Numbered from the stretch's first letter, positions 38,727-49,668 are shown. The stretch is DNA of 64,000 nucleotides from Clostridia bacterium (GCA_017453125.1 JAFTKS010000013.1:8693-72692); one strand, 5' to 3'. Notes: generated by a model not told the origin, from the letters alone. A program made the numbers and translations.

Positions 38727-41627
38727 TTGGCAATTTATCCTACCAAAACTAGTAAACTTAATTATAGAAAAAATAAGATTAGACTGGGAATTTCTCTAAT
38801 CAGTGTTTTTTCCGCGATATTGCTATTGTTAGTTTTTAATTTTTTCAAAATTTTTTCAATAATTGTACTAGGTTCTATTGGTTTGTTGGCTTATCCTTTG
38901 TGTTTGTTTTTTATAACATTAGGAATATTATTATTGTGTGACAAATCAATAAAAGCTACAAAATCGGTTGTTTTACTCTCAATACTATGGTTGATTGTAT
39001 TTGTTATGATTCTGCAACTTGCAACTTCCAAAAATATTGATGCTGGTTTTACTTCTTATTTAACTACTACATTTAAACACAGTATTACTGCTGGTGGGAT
39101 ATTGTTTGCTGTTTTGGTTTATCCATTTTATGCTCTCACTTACTCGCTTGCAAGTTATATTATTCTTTCTGTAATATTAATTGTTGTTACCGCTTTTTTG
39201 ATTGATAGAATACGTTATCAAATTTTGAATCAAAATGTTATGAGTGTAACCGATTCAAATGTTGAGAAAGTAGGTAACCAAATGTCTGAAATGGAAGATG
39301 AAGAATTTGAAGAAGAAATGGCTTTGATATCTAACGAAAATTCACAATCCTCTGTAGCTCAAGATATTGATAATGATATTTTTATTGAAGATGAAGAAGA
39401 ATATACACAAAAAGAAGAAGCTAAAGAATTACTTGGTCTATCTAAAGAACGAACAATTAGGGACTTGGATAATATATCTAAATCTAATAATGTTGACGAG
39501 GAACCACAACAAACAATTTCAACAGTCAATATGAGCTCTAACACAAATAAACCAAATATTATTGTGCACGAAGATATTTTTGATAGTGTTAGTTCCTCAA
39601 AGACCATTATATCTAATTCGAATGAAAACAAAAGTAAACAAGAAATGCTAAAACAAGAACAATTAAAGAAAGTTGAGGAAGATAGAAAAAAAGCTGCTCT
39701 TGATTATTTAAATATTAACAAGGGTAATTTCAATTCTAAAAAATTACCTAAAGGAATCGATAATGTAGCTCCACAAGAAGAAAAAACTCAAAATAACTTT
39801 GATACTAATCCTTCTTTTGATAATAATTTTTCTAACAATACTACTAACACAAATCCTCTTGGTGTAAATAGGTTGGCAAATCTTACTCAAAGGCTTGGTC
39901 AAGTTGATACAAATACAATGGGTGCTAATAATCAAGTTCAGCAATCTCGTGATATTTATGATGAAAATTTAACTAAACGAAATTATGAGCCTCCTAGACA
40001 ACAAGTTACTCTTACATTAGACCCTCAACCATTTATACCTAAAAAAGCACAAGAGGTATATTCTGGTGAAGTTAATGATAATATTGTAGATTCAACTGGA
40101 TTTAGACCTGTGCAGGTTTCTATGGTTGATCCAATCAGACCAAAACCTCAACAAAAAGTTTACAAAAAACCTCCTGTTTATATAAAACCTCCTGTTGATT
40201 TATTAAAGAAATTCCCACCTCCAGTTGAAAGTGATAATCAATATATGATGGAAAAAGGTGAGAGGATTGTTGAGACTTTAAAGAGTTTCAGGCTTGATGC
40301 AAATATAATTAATGCGATCAAAGGTCCAACATTTACAAGATATGAATTACAAATGGCTCCAGGTATTTCTGTAAATGCTGTTAATGGAAAAGTCAATGAT
40401 CTTGCGATGGTGCTTGAAAGCTCTTGTAGAATTCAGATTCCAATACTTGGTAAAAATGCATTTGGTATCGAAGTTCCTAATAAAGACAGGGTAACTGTTG
40501 GACTTAGAGAAATTATTGAGAGCAGTAATTTCCAAAATAGTAAATCTCCTCTAACTTTCGCTCTTGGTAAAAATATTTCCGGCGAATGCAAGGTTTCTGC
40601 AATTAATGAGTTGGTTCATACACTTGTTGCAGGAAGTACTGGTAGTGGTAAATCTGTTTGTCTGAATACTATGTTATTAAGTTTGCTATATAAAGCTAGT
40701 CCTGACGAACTTAAGCTATTATTAGTTGATCCAAAAATGGTTGAGTTCACACCGTTCAACGACTTGCCTCATATGCTTATACCAAAAACAATTACAGATT
40801 GTGACAAGGCTGTTATGGCTTTGAATTGGCTAGTTGAAGAGATGGAGCGAAGATATGCAAAATTGGGTGCAATTCAAGTTCGTAATATAGATGAATACAA
40901 CGAAAGTACAGAAGTTTTGACTGGTACAATTCCAAAAATGTTCTATATTGTTATGATTTTTGATGAAGTCGGAGACTTTATGACTATTGCCAAAAAGGAA
41001 ATTGAAGACAAAGTTAAACGACTTGCTGCAAAATCAAGAGCCTGCGGTATTCACTTAGTACTAGCAACTCAAAGACCTACTGTTGATGTTATTACCGGTA
41101 CAATTAAGGCAAATCTACCAAGTAGAATCGCTTTTGCTGTAAACTCTTATCAAGATAGTAAAACTATCCTTGAAAGTGCGGGTGCAGAGTCGCTACTTGG
41201 AATGGGTGATATGTTATTCTTACCAAAAGGAACTAACGATTTGAATAGAATCCAAGGCTGTTTTGTTAGTAACAAAGAATTAAAAGCCGTTATTGAATTT
41301 ATTAAACAAAATAATCCATGTGAATTTGATGAACAAATTGAAGATCAAATGTTTAATAAAAAAGATGGTTTTGATCCAACAAATGGTGCTGAAGAAGCAT
41401 TTGATCCAATGATGAAAGATTGCTTAAGGTATTTTATAAAAGCAAAGAAAGCAAGTGCATCTTCACTTCAAGCAAATTTCGGCATAGGATATCCGAAAGC
41501 AAATAAGATTGTAATGCAAATGGAAAAAGCTGGTTTTGTTTCTCCAGGTGATAATAATGGAAGACGTACGCTATTTATTACTCCACAAGAATTTGAGGAA
41601 AGATTCGGGGAGGATTTGGACGAATGA
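38727..41627 (+). CDS. ftsK: DNA translocase FtsK/SpoIIIE
   Basis: TTG start with a GAGG RBS. Four or five N-terminal TM helices, a low-complexity linker, Walker A VAGSTGSGKSV, LATQRPTVDVITG, and a C-terminal gamma wHTH. Confidence 0.95.
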   Translation: MAIYPTKTSKLNYRKNKIRLGISLISVFSAILLLLVFNFFKIFSIIVLGSIGLLAYPLCLFFITLGILLLCDKSIKATKSVVLLSILWLIVFVMILQLATSKNIDAGFTSYLTTTFKHSITAGGILFAVLVYPFYALTYSLASYIILSVILIVVTAFLIDRIRYQILNQNVMSVTDSNVEKVGNQMSEMEDEEFEEEMALISNENSQSSVAQDIDNDIFIEDEEEYTQKEEAKELLGLSKERTIRDLDNISKSNNVDEEPQQTISTVNMSSNTNKPNIIVHEDIFDSVSSSKTIISNSNENKSKQEMLKQEQLKKVEEDRKKAALDYLNINKGNFNSKKLPKGIDNVAPQEEKTQNNFDTNPSFDNNFSNNTTNTNPLGVNRLANLTQRLGQVDTNTMGANNQVQQSRDIYDENLTKRNYEPPRQQVTLTLDPQPFIPKKAQEVYSGEVNDNIVDSTGFRPVQVSMVDPIRPKPQQKVYKKPPVYIKPPVDLLKKFPPPVESDNQYMMEKGERIVETLKSFRLDANIINAIKGPTFTRYELQMAPGISVNAVNGKVNDLAMVLESSCRIQIPILGKNAFGIEVPNKDRVTVGLREIIESSNFQNSKSPLTFALGKNISGECKVSAINELVHTLVAGSTGSGKSVCLNTMLLSLLYKASPDELKLLLVDPKMVEFTPFNDLPHMLIPKTITDCDKAVMALNWLVEEMERRYAKLGAIQVRNIDEYNESTEVLTGTIPKMFYIVMIFDEVGDFMTIAKKEIEDKVKRLAAKSRACGIHLVLATQRPTVDVITGTIKANLPSRIAFAVNSYQDSKTILESAGAESLLGMGDMLFLPKGTNDLNRIQGCFVSNKELKAVIEFIKQNNPCEFDEQIEDQMFNKKDGFDPTNGAEEAFDPMMKDCLRYFIKAKKASASSLQANFGIGYPKANKIVMQMEKAGFVSPGDNNGRRTLFITPQEFEERFGEDLDE

Positions 41628-42931
41628 CAATAACAGAAATTAAGAAAAAAAGAATAGGGTTCATATCACTCGGGTGTGATAAAAATAGAGTAGACTTAGA
41701 AAAGATGATATTTAATCTGAAAAGTTTTGGTTTTGCTATTGAAAATAATCCCGAAAATGCTGAGATTATTATTGTTAATACTTGTGCTTTTCTAGAGTCA
41801 GCAAGAGCTGAAGCGATTGAAAACATTATTGAAATGGCAGAATATAAAAACTCAGCAAAGCTTGAAAAACTCATTGTTACAGGCTGTATAAATGAATTAG
41901 GTTATTCAGACCTGAAAGAAAGTTTGCCTGAGGTTGATGATTTTGTAAATATAAAAGATAATGAGCAAATTGTAAATAGAATTTGTAAATTATATAATGT
42001 TAATTCACAATATCATAATTTGAATGACAGAGTATTAACAACACCAAATCATTATGCTTATATAAAAATATCTGAAGGTTGTAATAACTTTTGTTCGTAT
42101 TGTCTAATTCCATATATTAGAGGAAGATATAAATCTACTCCAATTGAGGATATTATACTTGAGGCTAATTATTTAGCACAAAAAGGTGTTAAGGAATTAA
42201 TACTTGTAGCACAAGATGTAACAAAATATGGTATTGACTTGTACGGCAAAAAGAGACTAGTTGATCTAATAAGGGAATTGTCTAAAATTGAGCAAATATC
42301 TTGGATAAGACTTATGTATTGTTATCCAGAAGAAATTGATGATGACTTAATTGCAGAAATAGCAAACAATCCAAAAGTTATGAAATATATGGATATACCT
42401 CTGCAACACGTATCAACTAATATACTCAAAATGATGAACCGAAGGTCTGACTACAATTCAATTTGTACTTTGTTTAGAAAAATAAAAAATCAAATTCCTA
42501 ACATAATTATTAGGACAACATTTATCTTGGGCTTTCCTGGTGAAACTGAAGAGGATATCAACATACTTCATAACTTTCTTGAAGAATTTAAATTATACAA
42601 TGTTGGATTCTTTAAATATAGTAGAGAAGAAGGCACTCGATCATTCAACTTTGATAATCAAGTAGACGAAAAAGAGAAACAATTACGACTTGACAAATTA
42701 TCTCAAGTTCAATTTGAAATTATGAATAATCTAAATACTGAATTTATTGGAAATGTTTTTGATGTAATAATTGATGAGGCATATACAGATTATTCTATAG
42801 GTCGATTCTATGGACAGGCTCCACAGATTGATTCTATCATTTATATAAACGAAAAATTAGATATTGGAAAAATATATAAAATTAAAATTACAAATAAATC
42901 AGATTATGATTTAGAAGGAGAAAAATTATGA
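41624..42931 (+). CDS. rimO: Ribosomal protein S12 methylthiotransferase RimO
   Basis: Motifs ISLGCDKNRVDLEKM and radical SAM CNNFCSYCLIPYIRG. TRAM-like C-terminus. Confidence 0.9.
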   Translation: MTITEIKKKRIGFISLGCDKNRVDLEKMIFNLKSFGFAIENNPENAEIIIVNTCAFLESARAEAIENIIEMAEYKNSAKLEKLIVTGCINELGYSDLKESLPEVDDFVNIKDNEQIVNRICKLYNVNSQYHNLNDRVLTTPNHYAYIKISEGCNNFCSYCLIPYIRGRYKSTPIEDIILEANYLAQKGVKELILVAQDVTKYGIDLYGKKRLVDLIRELSKIEQISWIRLMYCYPEEIDDDLIAEIANNPKVMKYMDIPLQHVSTNILKMMNRRSDYNSICTLFRKIKNQIPNIIIRTTFILGFPGETEEDINILHNFLEEFKLYNVGFFKYSREEGTRSFNFDNQVDEKEKQLRLDKLSQVQFEIMNNLNTEFIGNVFDVIIDEAYTDYSIGRFYGQAPQIDSIIYINEKLDIGKIYKIKITNKSDYDLEGEKL

Positions 42932-43671
42932 ATCTTCCAAATAAGATAACTATGTTTAGAATTATTATGTTACCTGTGTTTCTTGCAGTTGGTTTAATTG
43001 CATTCCCATACAACAATTTTGTTGCTCTTGGTTTGTTTATATTCTTGGCATATACTGACTATTTAGATGGACATATTGCCAGAAAACATAACCTTGTTAC
43101 CAATTTGGGCAAATTTTTAGACCCAATTGCTGATAAGCTTTTGTGCACAACTGGTTTACTTATTTTAATCGTTGGAGCAAACCCAATTATACCAAACCCT
43201 TACGGAATTATTTGTGTATTTATTATATTGCTTAGGGACTATGCCGTAACTGGTTTGAGACAAATTGCTCAACTAAAAGGTATTATTATTCCTGCTGATA
43301 AACTTGGAAAAATCAAAGCTAACTTTCAATATGTAATGACTGTATTTGGATTTTTAATTGGTGGACTAAATGCAATTAATGGAGTTGGTGGTACTGAGGT
43401 TATGAAATATATTACTCTTGTATTCTATATTTTTGTAGGTGTAACAACGGCTCTAGTTCTTATTTCTGGACTTACATATATCTTCAAGAACTTGGAAGTG
43501 TTCAAAGATGACGACAAGAAAGAAGATACTTCAAATGCTGAATCTTCCGAAACCATAGCACAAGAACAACAAAATAAACCTGCTAGCAAGAATACCACAA
43601 CAAAAACTGCAAGCAAGTCTACAACAAAGAAATCATCAGTAAAGAAAACAACATCTAAACAATCTAAATAA
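42928..43671 (+). CDS. pgsA: CDP-diacylglycerol--glycerol-3-phosphate 3-phosphatidyltransferase with Lys/Thr/Ser-rich tail
   Basis: CDP-alcohol phosphatidyltransferase motif DYLDGHIARKHNLVTNLGKFLDPIADK. Confidence 0.93.
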   Translation: MNLPNKITMFRIIMLPVFLAVGLIAFPYNNFVALGLFIFLAYTDYLDGHIARKHNLVTNLGKFLDPIADKLLCTTGLLILIVGANPIIPNPYGIICVFIILLRDYAVTGLRQIAQLKGIIIPADKLGKIKANFQYVMTVFGFLIGGLNAINGVGGTEVMKYITLVFYIFVGVTTALVLISGLTYIFKNLEVFKDDDKKEDTSNAESSETIAQEQQNKPASKNTTTKTASKSTTKKSSVKKTTSKQSK

Positions 43672-43677
43672 TAAATT

Positions 43678-44853
43678 ATGGAAATAGCGATTATTTGTTT
43701 AAATCAAAATTTAAATAAAACTCATACTCAACAAATTATAGTTGAAAAATTAAAAGATGAGTTATTAAAAATAGGGGAACAAGTTTCCCTTATTTCTTAT
43801 TTTGATTTTACCCTAAATTCGCTTAGTAAAATCATTACAAGTAATATTTATGACTTAATATATATTGTCGGAACGAATTCAACATCTTATAATTCTTCTG
43901 TTAAGCAATCAATATCTCAAACACTTAATCAATCTTTTGACATTAATGCTGATTGTAGAAAATCTATAATTGAATATTGCAAAAATAATAATATAAGTTT
44001 TTCAATTCAAGAAGAGGCTGAAACTTATTTGCCATCTAATAGCATACCATTAACTTCTTCCGAATACCAAATTGTTGGTTTTGTAAATCAATTTAATAAT
44101 TCAAAGATTGTATTTTTACCTGGCAATCTATCATTTATAAATACTTTTATAAATAAAATAATACCTAATTCAAGTGTATCAATTTTTGACGAAAATAAAA
44201 AATTTTGTTTTAAATGCTATGGAATTCTTGAAAAAGATATCCGAATGGTTTTAACGGAAGAATTGTCTAATACGAATATTACTATTCGAATAATATCAAA
44301 AAGGCTTGATTCGGCTATTTTTGTTGAGTTTATTGAAGATACTCCACATAACAGAGAATATATTGCATCTATTTGCGAAAAACTCAAAAAGTTTATTTAT
44401 GCAACAGACAATATATCTCTTTCAGAATTAATTTCTGAATTATTAAAAATTCAAAAAAAGACTATATCCATAGCCGAAACTATTACTATGGGAAATCTAG
44501 TTAAGAATCTGTCTAAAAAATCTAATCAAGCAATACTAGATGTGTATTTATTTACAAATCCAAATTCTATTAATAGAACTTTTAAAAATGTTAATTGTGA
44601 AAATTATTCAGTAAATTTAGTGTACGAACTCGATAATTTGTTGCTAGAAAAATCGGGCTCTGACATAGCAATTTTTGTTCTCGGTAGCCAAAACGATAAC
44701 CAATGTTATATTGCAATTGGAGATATTGATGGAATTCACGTGTACAAAAATAATATAAATACGTTTGATGATGAATTGGTTGATATACTAACAGATACTA
44801 CAATGTTTTATTTAATTAAAAAACTTCGTCAAAATGATTTGCAATTCTCATAA
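43678..44853 (+). CDS. Highly diverged CinA-like protein (assignment mainly by pgsA-cinA-recA synteny)
   Basis: 391 aa in the CinA position. There are faint collinear similarities (EIAIICLN.., ISIAETITMGNL) but the conserved motifs are degenerate. Confidence 0.5.
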   Translation: MEIAIICLNQNLNKTHTQQIIVEKLKDELLKIGEQVSLISYFDFTLNSLSKIITSNIYDLIYIVGTNSTSYNSSVKQSISQTLNQSFDINADCRKSIIEYCKNNNISFSIQEEAETYLPSNSIPLTSSEYQIVGFVNQFNNSKIVFLPGNLSFINTFINKIIPNSSVSIFDENKKFCFKCYGILEKDIRMVLTEELSNTNITIRIISKRLDSAIFVEFIEDTPHNREYIASICEKLKKFIYATDNISLSELISELLKIQKKTISIAETITMGNLVKNLSKKSNQAILDVYLFTNPNSINRTFKNVNCENYSVNLVYELDNLLLEKSGSDIAIFVLGSQNDNQCYIAIGDIDGIHVYKNNINTFDDELVDILTDTTMFYLIKKLRQNDLQFS

Positions 44854-44873
44854 TTATTGTGTAAAATAATATA

Positions 44874-44885
44874 AAACAAATGTTT
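44874..44885. promoter_or_regulatory. LexA (SOS) box just downstream of the recA promoter
   Basis: AAACAAATGTTT. Promoter is TTGCAA (44839-44844), 17-nt spacer, TAAAAT (44862-44867). Confidence 0.65.
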
Positions 44886-44904
44886 GATAAAGGATAAATA
44901 AATT

Positions 44905-45894
44905 ATGGATGATAATAAAAGAAAACAACTAGAACAAGCCATTTTGCAAATTGAGAAACAATATGGAAAAGGCTCTATAATGAAACTTGGTGATGACGTT
45001 CAAAAATCAATAGAAGTTATCCCAACTGGATGTCTAACTCTTGATATGGCGCTAGGAATCGGAGGCGTTCCAAGGGATAGAATTGTAGAAATTTATGGTC
45101 CTGAAAGTTCGGGAAAAACTACAGTTACCCTTCATATCCTTGCAGAAGCTCAAAAAATGGGCGGAACAGCTGCATTTATAGACGCAGAACATGCCTTAGA
45201 TCCTCAATATGCTAGTAAATTGGGTGTTGATATAGATAATCTATATATTTCTCAACCTGATACAGGGGAACAGGCTCTTGAGATTTGTGAAGCACTTGTA
45301 AGAAGTGGTGCAGTTGACTGCGTTGTTATAGATAGTGTTGCAGCATTAACACCAAAAGCTGAAATTGATGGTGAAATGGGTGATAGTGTAATGGGTTGCC
45401 AGGCAAGACTTATGAGCCAAGCACTTAGAAAACTAACCGCAGTTGTCAACAAAACAAAATGTTGCTTGATTTTTATTAATCAATTAAGAGATAAAATTGG
45501 CGTTATGTTTGGAAACCCTGAAACAACAACAGGCGGAAAAGCCCTAAAATTCTATTCTTCTATACGAATGGACATTAGAAAAACAGATGTTATCAAAGAT
45601 GGCACTGAAATAATCGGAAATAGAACAAAGGTTAAAATTGTTAAAAATAAACTTGCTCCTCCTTTTAAATTGGCTGAATTTGATATTATGTATGGTGCAG
45701 GAATAAATAATGAAGCTTGTGTAATTGACGTTGCTACAGATCTTGACATTATTCAAAAGAGTGGATCTTGGTATAGTTATAACGGTGAGAAAATCGGACA
45801 AGGAAGGGATAATACAAAAGTATATTTGCAAAATAACCCTGAAGTGTTTGAAGAAATCAAAAATTTGGTTACAGACAAGCTACAAAATAAATAA
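44905..45894 (+). CDS. recA: Recombinase A
   Basis: Motifs GPESSGKTT and [10 protein letters not shown]. 329 aa. Confidence 0.99.
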   Translation: MDDNKRKQLEQAILQIEKQYGKGSIMKLGDDVQKSIEVIPTGCLTLDMALGIGGVPRDRIVEIYGPESSGKTTVTLHILAEAQKMGGTAAFIDAEHALDPQYASKLGVDIDNLYISQPDTGEQALEICEALVRSGAVDCVVIDSVAALTPKAEIDGEMGDSVMGCQARLMSQALRKLTAVVNKTKCCLIFINQLRDKIGVMFGNPETTTGGKALKFYSSIRMDIRKTDVIKDGTEIIGNRTKVKIVKNKLAPPFKLAEFDIMYGAGINNEACVIDVATDLDIIQKSGSWYSYNGEKIGQGRDNTKVYLQNNPEVFEEIKNLVTDKLQNK

Positions 45895-45898
45895 AATT

Positions 45899-45927
45899 AA
45901 GGCATTACGAAAAGTAATGCCTTTTTA
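45899..45927. terminator. Bidirectional terminator between recA and the PBP gene
   Basis: AAGGCATTAC gaaaa GTAATGCCTT flanked by A- and T-runs. Confidence 0.85.
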
Positions 45928-45933
45928 TATTGA

Positions 45934-48240
45934 TTAACGAAAGATATAAGAAATATTATCAGAATTATTTAATAATTCATTATAAGAGATCGAATATCTA
46001 ATTGCTTTATGAGGAGTTCTGCTACTTTTATTATTGTTCGTATTTTTTGATACTATGTAATATTCATATGTAATATTATTTTTAGGACTATAATCATAAA
46101 TAGTTTGTATTCCATTTTTATTTGAAACAACTTCTATTAATTCTTCTTTACTACTATCTGTAAATCTAAAAATTTCATATTTGATATAATCTTTAGCTTC
46201 AAAATTAATAATAATTGAATTTGTACCTTGTTCCAAATTAAAATTTATAATAGGAGGGGTATCAAGAATATTGGATTCAGGAGGTAGATTTTCAATATCA
46301 AAAAATTCTGATTGCTTGAATCTATCTGGACCATGGCTCATTAACATAACCATATGTTCATTTTTAAGAGTTAGTGTATCAATATCTTTTTTAACTACAG
46401 AATCAGGTATTGAAAAATCTGATGGGCAGTTTGATTCATACAATTCGTCAAATACCTCGCTTATGATTTGTGTTGCAAAAGTTCCTCCATTATTAGACCC
46501 TTCAAGATTGCATTTAGAATCCATAGAATAATTTCCAAACCAACTCAGCATAGAATGGTCTGATGTGTAAGCTAAACAATACGCATCTGTATTATCATTT
46601 GAGTCTTTTATATTCACAGTACCAGTCTTACTTGCAATTTGATAATTATCTTTATATAACTTTTTTGATGTGCCATATTTTGTTGAATATAAAAGACTTT
46701 CTGTCATAAGATATGATGTAGATGTTTTACAATATCTTGTTTCTGTCTTAAACTTATTATTTATTTCAATACCGGTGGGGGTGATTATTTTTTTAATAAA
46801 TGCACTTTTTGTGTGATTTCCGTTGTTGTATAATGGTGAATATGAATCTAATATTGTTTGCATCGTAAAACCATTTGTTACTCCTCCTAGAGCTACTGCA
46901 AGTCCCGAGTCTGACTCATCAAAACTAAGACCTGCTTTGTTGGAATATTCTTTGCATTTTTCTACGCTTAATTGATCACACAATTTTACCGCCGGTACAT
47001 TTAGACTTTTTGCTATTGAGTCTTTGATTGATATATATCCATAATATTTATTTGAAACATTTCTAGGGCGGTAATCATTAAAGTTGGTTTCTTCATCAAG
47101 TATTTCACTACACGGATATACTAGCCTTTCTTCAATAGCAGGTGCATAAACAAAGATTGGTTTTATAAGACTTCCTGGTTGTCTTTTAAAATTACACAGA
47201 TCATATTTTGATTTACCTGCAACTGCAATAACACCTCTGGTATCGTTATCTGTAATCATAGCGAAACTATCTGCAATATTTTCATATTTATTCTTTTGAT
47301 AGAATTTTTCATCATTAATTTTCTCATTCAATATTTCCTGAGCGTTTCTATCTTGATAGGTATAAATCTTGTATCTTTTATTTTTTATTTCATCAGATGA
47401 AATATTTAAAATCTCGCTTGCCTCTTGTAGAACAAATTCCTCATACAAGTTATTTGGTTTATTATTCTCGAATGAGGACAAATCAATATTTATATTTTCT
47501 GCAAGTGCATTTGTATATTCTTCCTTAGTTATATGATTATCCTTCAACATCTCTTTCAAAACTAAGTTTCTTCTTTTTTTGCAATTTTCAATATTGTTAA
47601 CTGGTGAATATGTATTAGGGGATTTTATAATTCCTGCAAGTGTTGAACATTCAGCAAGTGTGAGATTTTTAACTTGCTTATTAAAATACAAACTTGATGC
47701 CTCATTTATTCCATATGCTCCGTGACCAAAGTATATAATATTTAAATAATTTTCAAAGATATCTTGCTTTGGCTCTATTCTTTCAATTTTAGTTGCTAAA
47801 TATGCCTCTTTAACTTTTCGTTCTATACTCTTGGATTTATTCAGATATTTATTTTTGATAAGTTGTTGCGTTATAGTACTTGCACCTTCAACAACTGAAC
47901 CTTCTTTTATATTATTAATAGTAGCCCCAACTATTCTTTTAAAATTTAATCCATTATGATTAAAAAATTCTTTGTCTTCAATACTTATAAAAGCATTTAT
48001 TAGGTTTTGAGGCATTTCGTAAAATTTTATGTATTCGTGTTTTTCTTTGCTATTTATCAATTCATTGTTTGTATCATAGATTTCATAGAAAGCATTTATA
48101 TTATTTTCTGAAATACTTACATCTATTTTCTTAACTTCATTTATCCAAGAAGTTACAAAAATAAGTATTGTTGATAAAATTATTATAGCAACAAATAAAA
48201 TTCCAATAAAAACCGCTTTTATTGTTTTTTTAAATTTCAT
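45934..48240 (-). CDS. Class A penicillin-binding protein (glycosyltransferase/transpeptidase) with C-terminal beta-rich extension
   Basis: GT51 motif ISIEDKEFFNHNGL. Transpeptidase motifs QPGSLIKP (SxxK) and SKTGT (KTG). N-terminal TM anchor. Confidence 0.93.
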   Translation of the reverse strand: MKFKKTIKAVFIGILFVAIIILSTILIFVTSWINEVKKIDVSISENNINAFYEIYDTNNELINSKEKHEYIKFYEMPQNLINAFISIEDKEFFNHNGLNFKRIVGATINNIKEGSVVEGASTITQQLIKNKYLNKSKSIERKVKEAYLATKIERIEPKQDIFENYLNIIYFGHGAYGINEASSLYFNKQVKNLTLAECSTLAGIIKSPNTYSPVNNIENCKKRRNLVLKEMLKDNHITKEEYTNALAENINIDLSSFENNKPNNLYEEFVLQEASEILNISSDEIKNKRYKIYTYQDRNAQEILNEKINDEKFYQKNKYENIADSFAMITDNDTRGVIAVAGKSKYDLCNFKRQPGSLIKPIFVYAPAIEERLVYPCSEILDEETNFNDYRPRNVSNKYYGYISIKDSIAKSLNVPAVKLCDQLSVEKCKEYSNKAGLSFDESDSGLAVALGGVTNGFTMQTILDSYSPLYNNGNHTKSAFIKKIITPTGIEINNKFKTETRYCKTSTSYLMTESLLYSTKYGTSKKLYKDNYQIASKTGTVNIKDSNDNTDAYCLAYTSDHSMLSWFGNYSMDSKCNLEGSNNGGTFATQIISEVFDELYESNCPSDFSIPDSVVKKDIDTLTLKNEHMVMLMSHGPDRFKQSEFFDIENLPPESNILDTPPIINFNLEQGTNSIIINFEAKDYIKYEIFRFTDSSKEELIEVVSNKNGIQTIYDYSPKNNITYEYYIVSKNTNNNKSSRTPHKAIRYSISYNELLNNSDNISYIFR

Positions 48241-48349
48241 AATTATACCATCTTTTAAAAAATTTATAAATAACTTGAAAATTTTTGCAATATATTATAT
48301 ACTTATTTTGTACTAAAAAAATTATTTAATTATAAATATAGGTAATATT

Positions 48350-49660
48350 ATGAAATATATTATAAAAACATTTGGTTGTCAGATGAACGTTCACGAAAGT
48401 GAAAAGTTATCAGGAATGCTCGAGTCTTTAGGTTATACAAATACAGATAATTATAATGACAGCGATGTTATTGTTTTTAATACCTGCTGTATAAGAGATG
48501 GTGTAGAACAAAAGATACTTGGAAACATAGGTGCATTAAAAAAGCTTAAAAAGAAAAACCCAAATCTGATAATTGCAATTTGTGGTTGTATGTCTCAAGC
48601 AGATGGTAGAGCCGACTTAATTTTAAAAAAATTCCCATTTGTAGATATAATTTTTGGAACACATAATATTCACAAATTCAAAGAATATGTTCAGCAAAAA
48701 TTATCAACCAACTCAAAAATTATAGATGTTTGGGAAAAAGAAGAAGGCATTTTTGAAGATGTTGAAATCAAGAGAGACAATTTTTTTTCAAACGCTTGGG
48801 TAAATATAAATTTTGGTTGTAATAACTTTTGTACGTATTGTATAGTGCCATATGTAAGGGGGCGAGAAAGAAGTAGACTGCCTCAAGATATTATTAATGA
48901 ATGTAAACAATTAATTGCCGAGGGATATAAATACATTACATTACTTGGTCAAAATGTTAATAGTTATGGCAATGACCTTGATGACCCAAATATTAATTTT
49001 GCTAATTTACTTAAAGATTGTGCGTCTCTTGATGGAGACTTTAGAATTAAGTTTATGACTTCTCATCCAAAAGACCTTTCAGAAGATGTTGTAAAAACTA
49101 TCGCAACTTATCCTAAACTTTCAAAAGTAATACACTTGCCAATTCAATCTGGAAGTAATGATATTTTGAAATCGATGAATAGAAAATACACCAGAGAACA
49201 CTATCTTGAACTAATTTCCATGATAAGAAAGCATATTCCTAATGCATATATTTCGACAGATATTATTGTAGGATTTCCAGGAGAAACTGAGAAAGATTTT
49301 CTAGATACATATTCACTTATTGAAGAAGTTAGATATGATGGAGTTTTTGCGTTTATGTATTCAAGACGTAGTGGAACTGTTGCCGACAAAATGGAAAACC
49401 AAATTGATGAAGAGGTTAAAAAAGACAGAATCCATAAACTATTGGAATTATCTAAAAGAATTACAAAAGAAAAAAACAAAGAATCAATAGGTTCAAACAT
49501 GAATGTAATTGCTATTGAAAATACCTCCGATGGCTATAAGGTTATGTCGGATAGCGGAAAAACAATCTTTGTGGACGACTCTCTTGAACCAAATAAATTT
49601 TATAATATACAAATTACTAAATTTGCTTGTAACAAGTTATTTGCTAAACTTGTCAACTAG
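48350..49660 (+). CDS. miaB: tRNA-2-methylthio-N6-dimethylallyladenosine synthase
   Basis: Motifs KTFGCQMNVHESE and radical SAM CNNFCTYCIVPYVRG. TRAM-like C-terminus. Confidence 0.94.
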   Translation: MKYIIKTFGCQMNVHESEKLSGMLESLGYTNTDNYNDSDVIVFNTCCIRDGVEQKILGNIGALKKLKKKNPNLIIAICGCMSQADGRADLILKKFPFVDIIFGTHNIHKFKEYVQQKLSTNSKIIDVWEKEEGIFEDVEIKRDNFFSNAWVNINFGCNNFCTYCIVPYVRGRERSRLPQDIINECKQLIAEGYKYITLLGQNVNSYGNDLDDPNINFANLLKDCASLDGDFRIKFMTSHPKDLSEDVVKTIATYPKLSKVIHLPIQSGSNDILKSMNRKYTREHYLELISMIRKHIPNAYISTDIIVGFPGETEKDFLDTYSLIEEVRYDGVFAFMYSRRSGTVADKMENQIDEEVKKDRIHKLLELSKRITKEKNKESIGSNMNVIAIENTSDGYKVMSDSGKTIFVDDSLEPNKFYNIQITKFACNKLFAKLVN

Positions 49661-49668
49661 GAGAAAAT

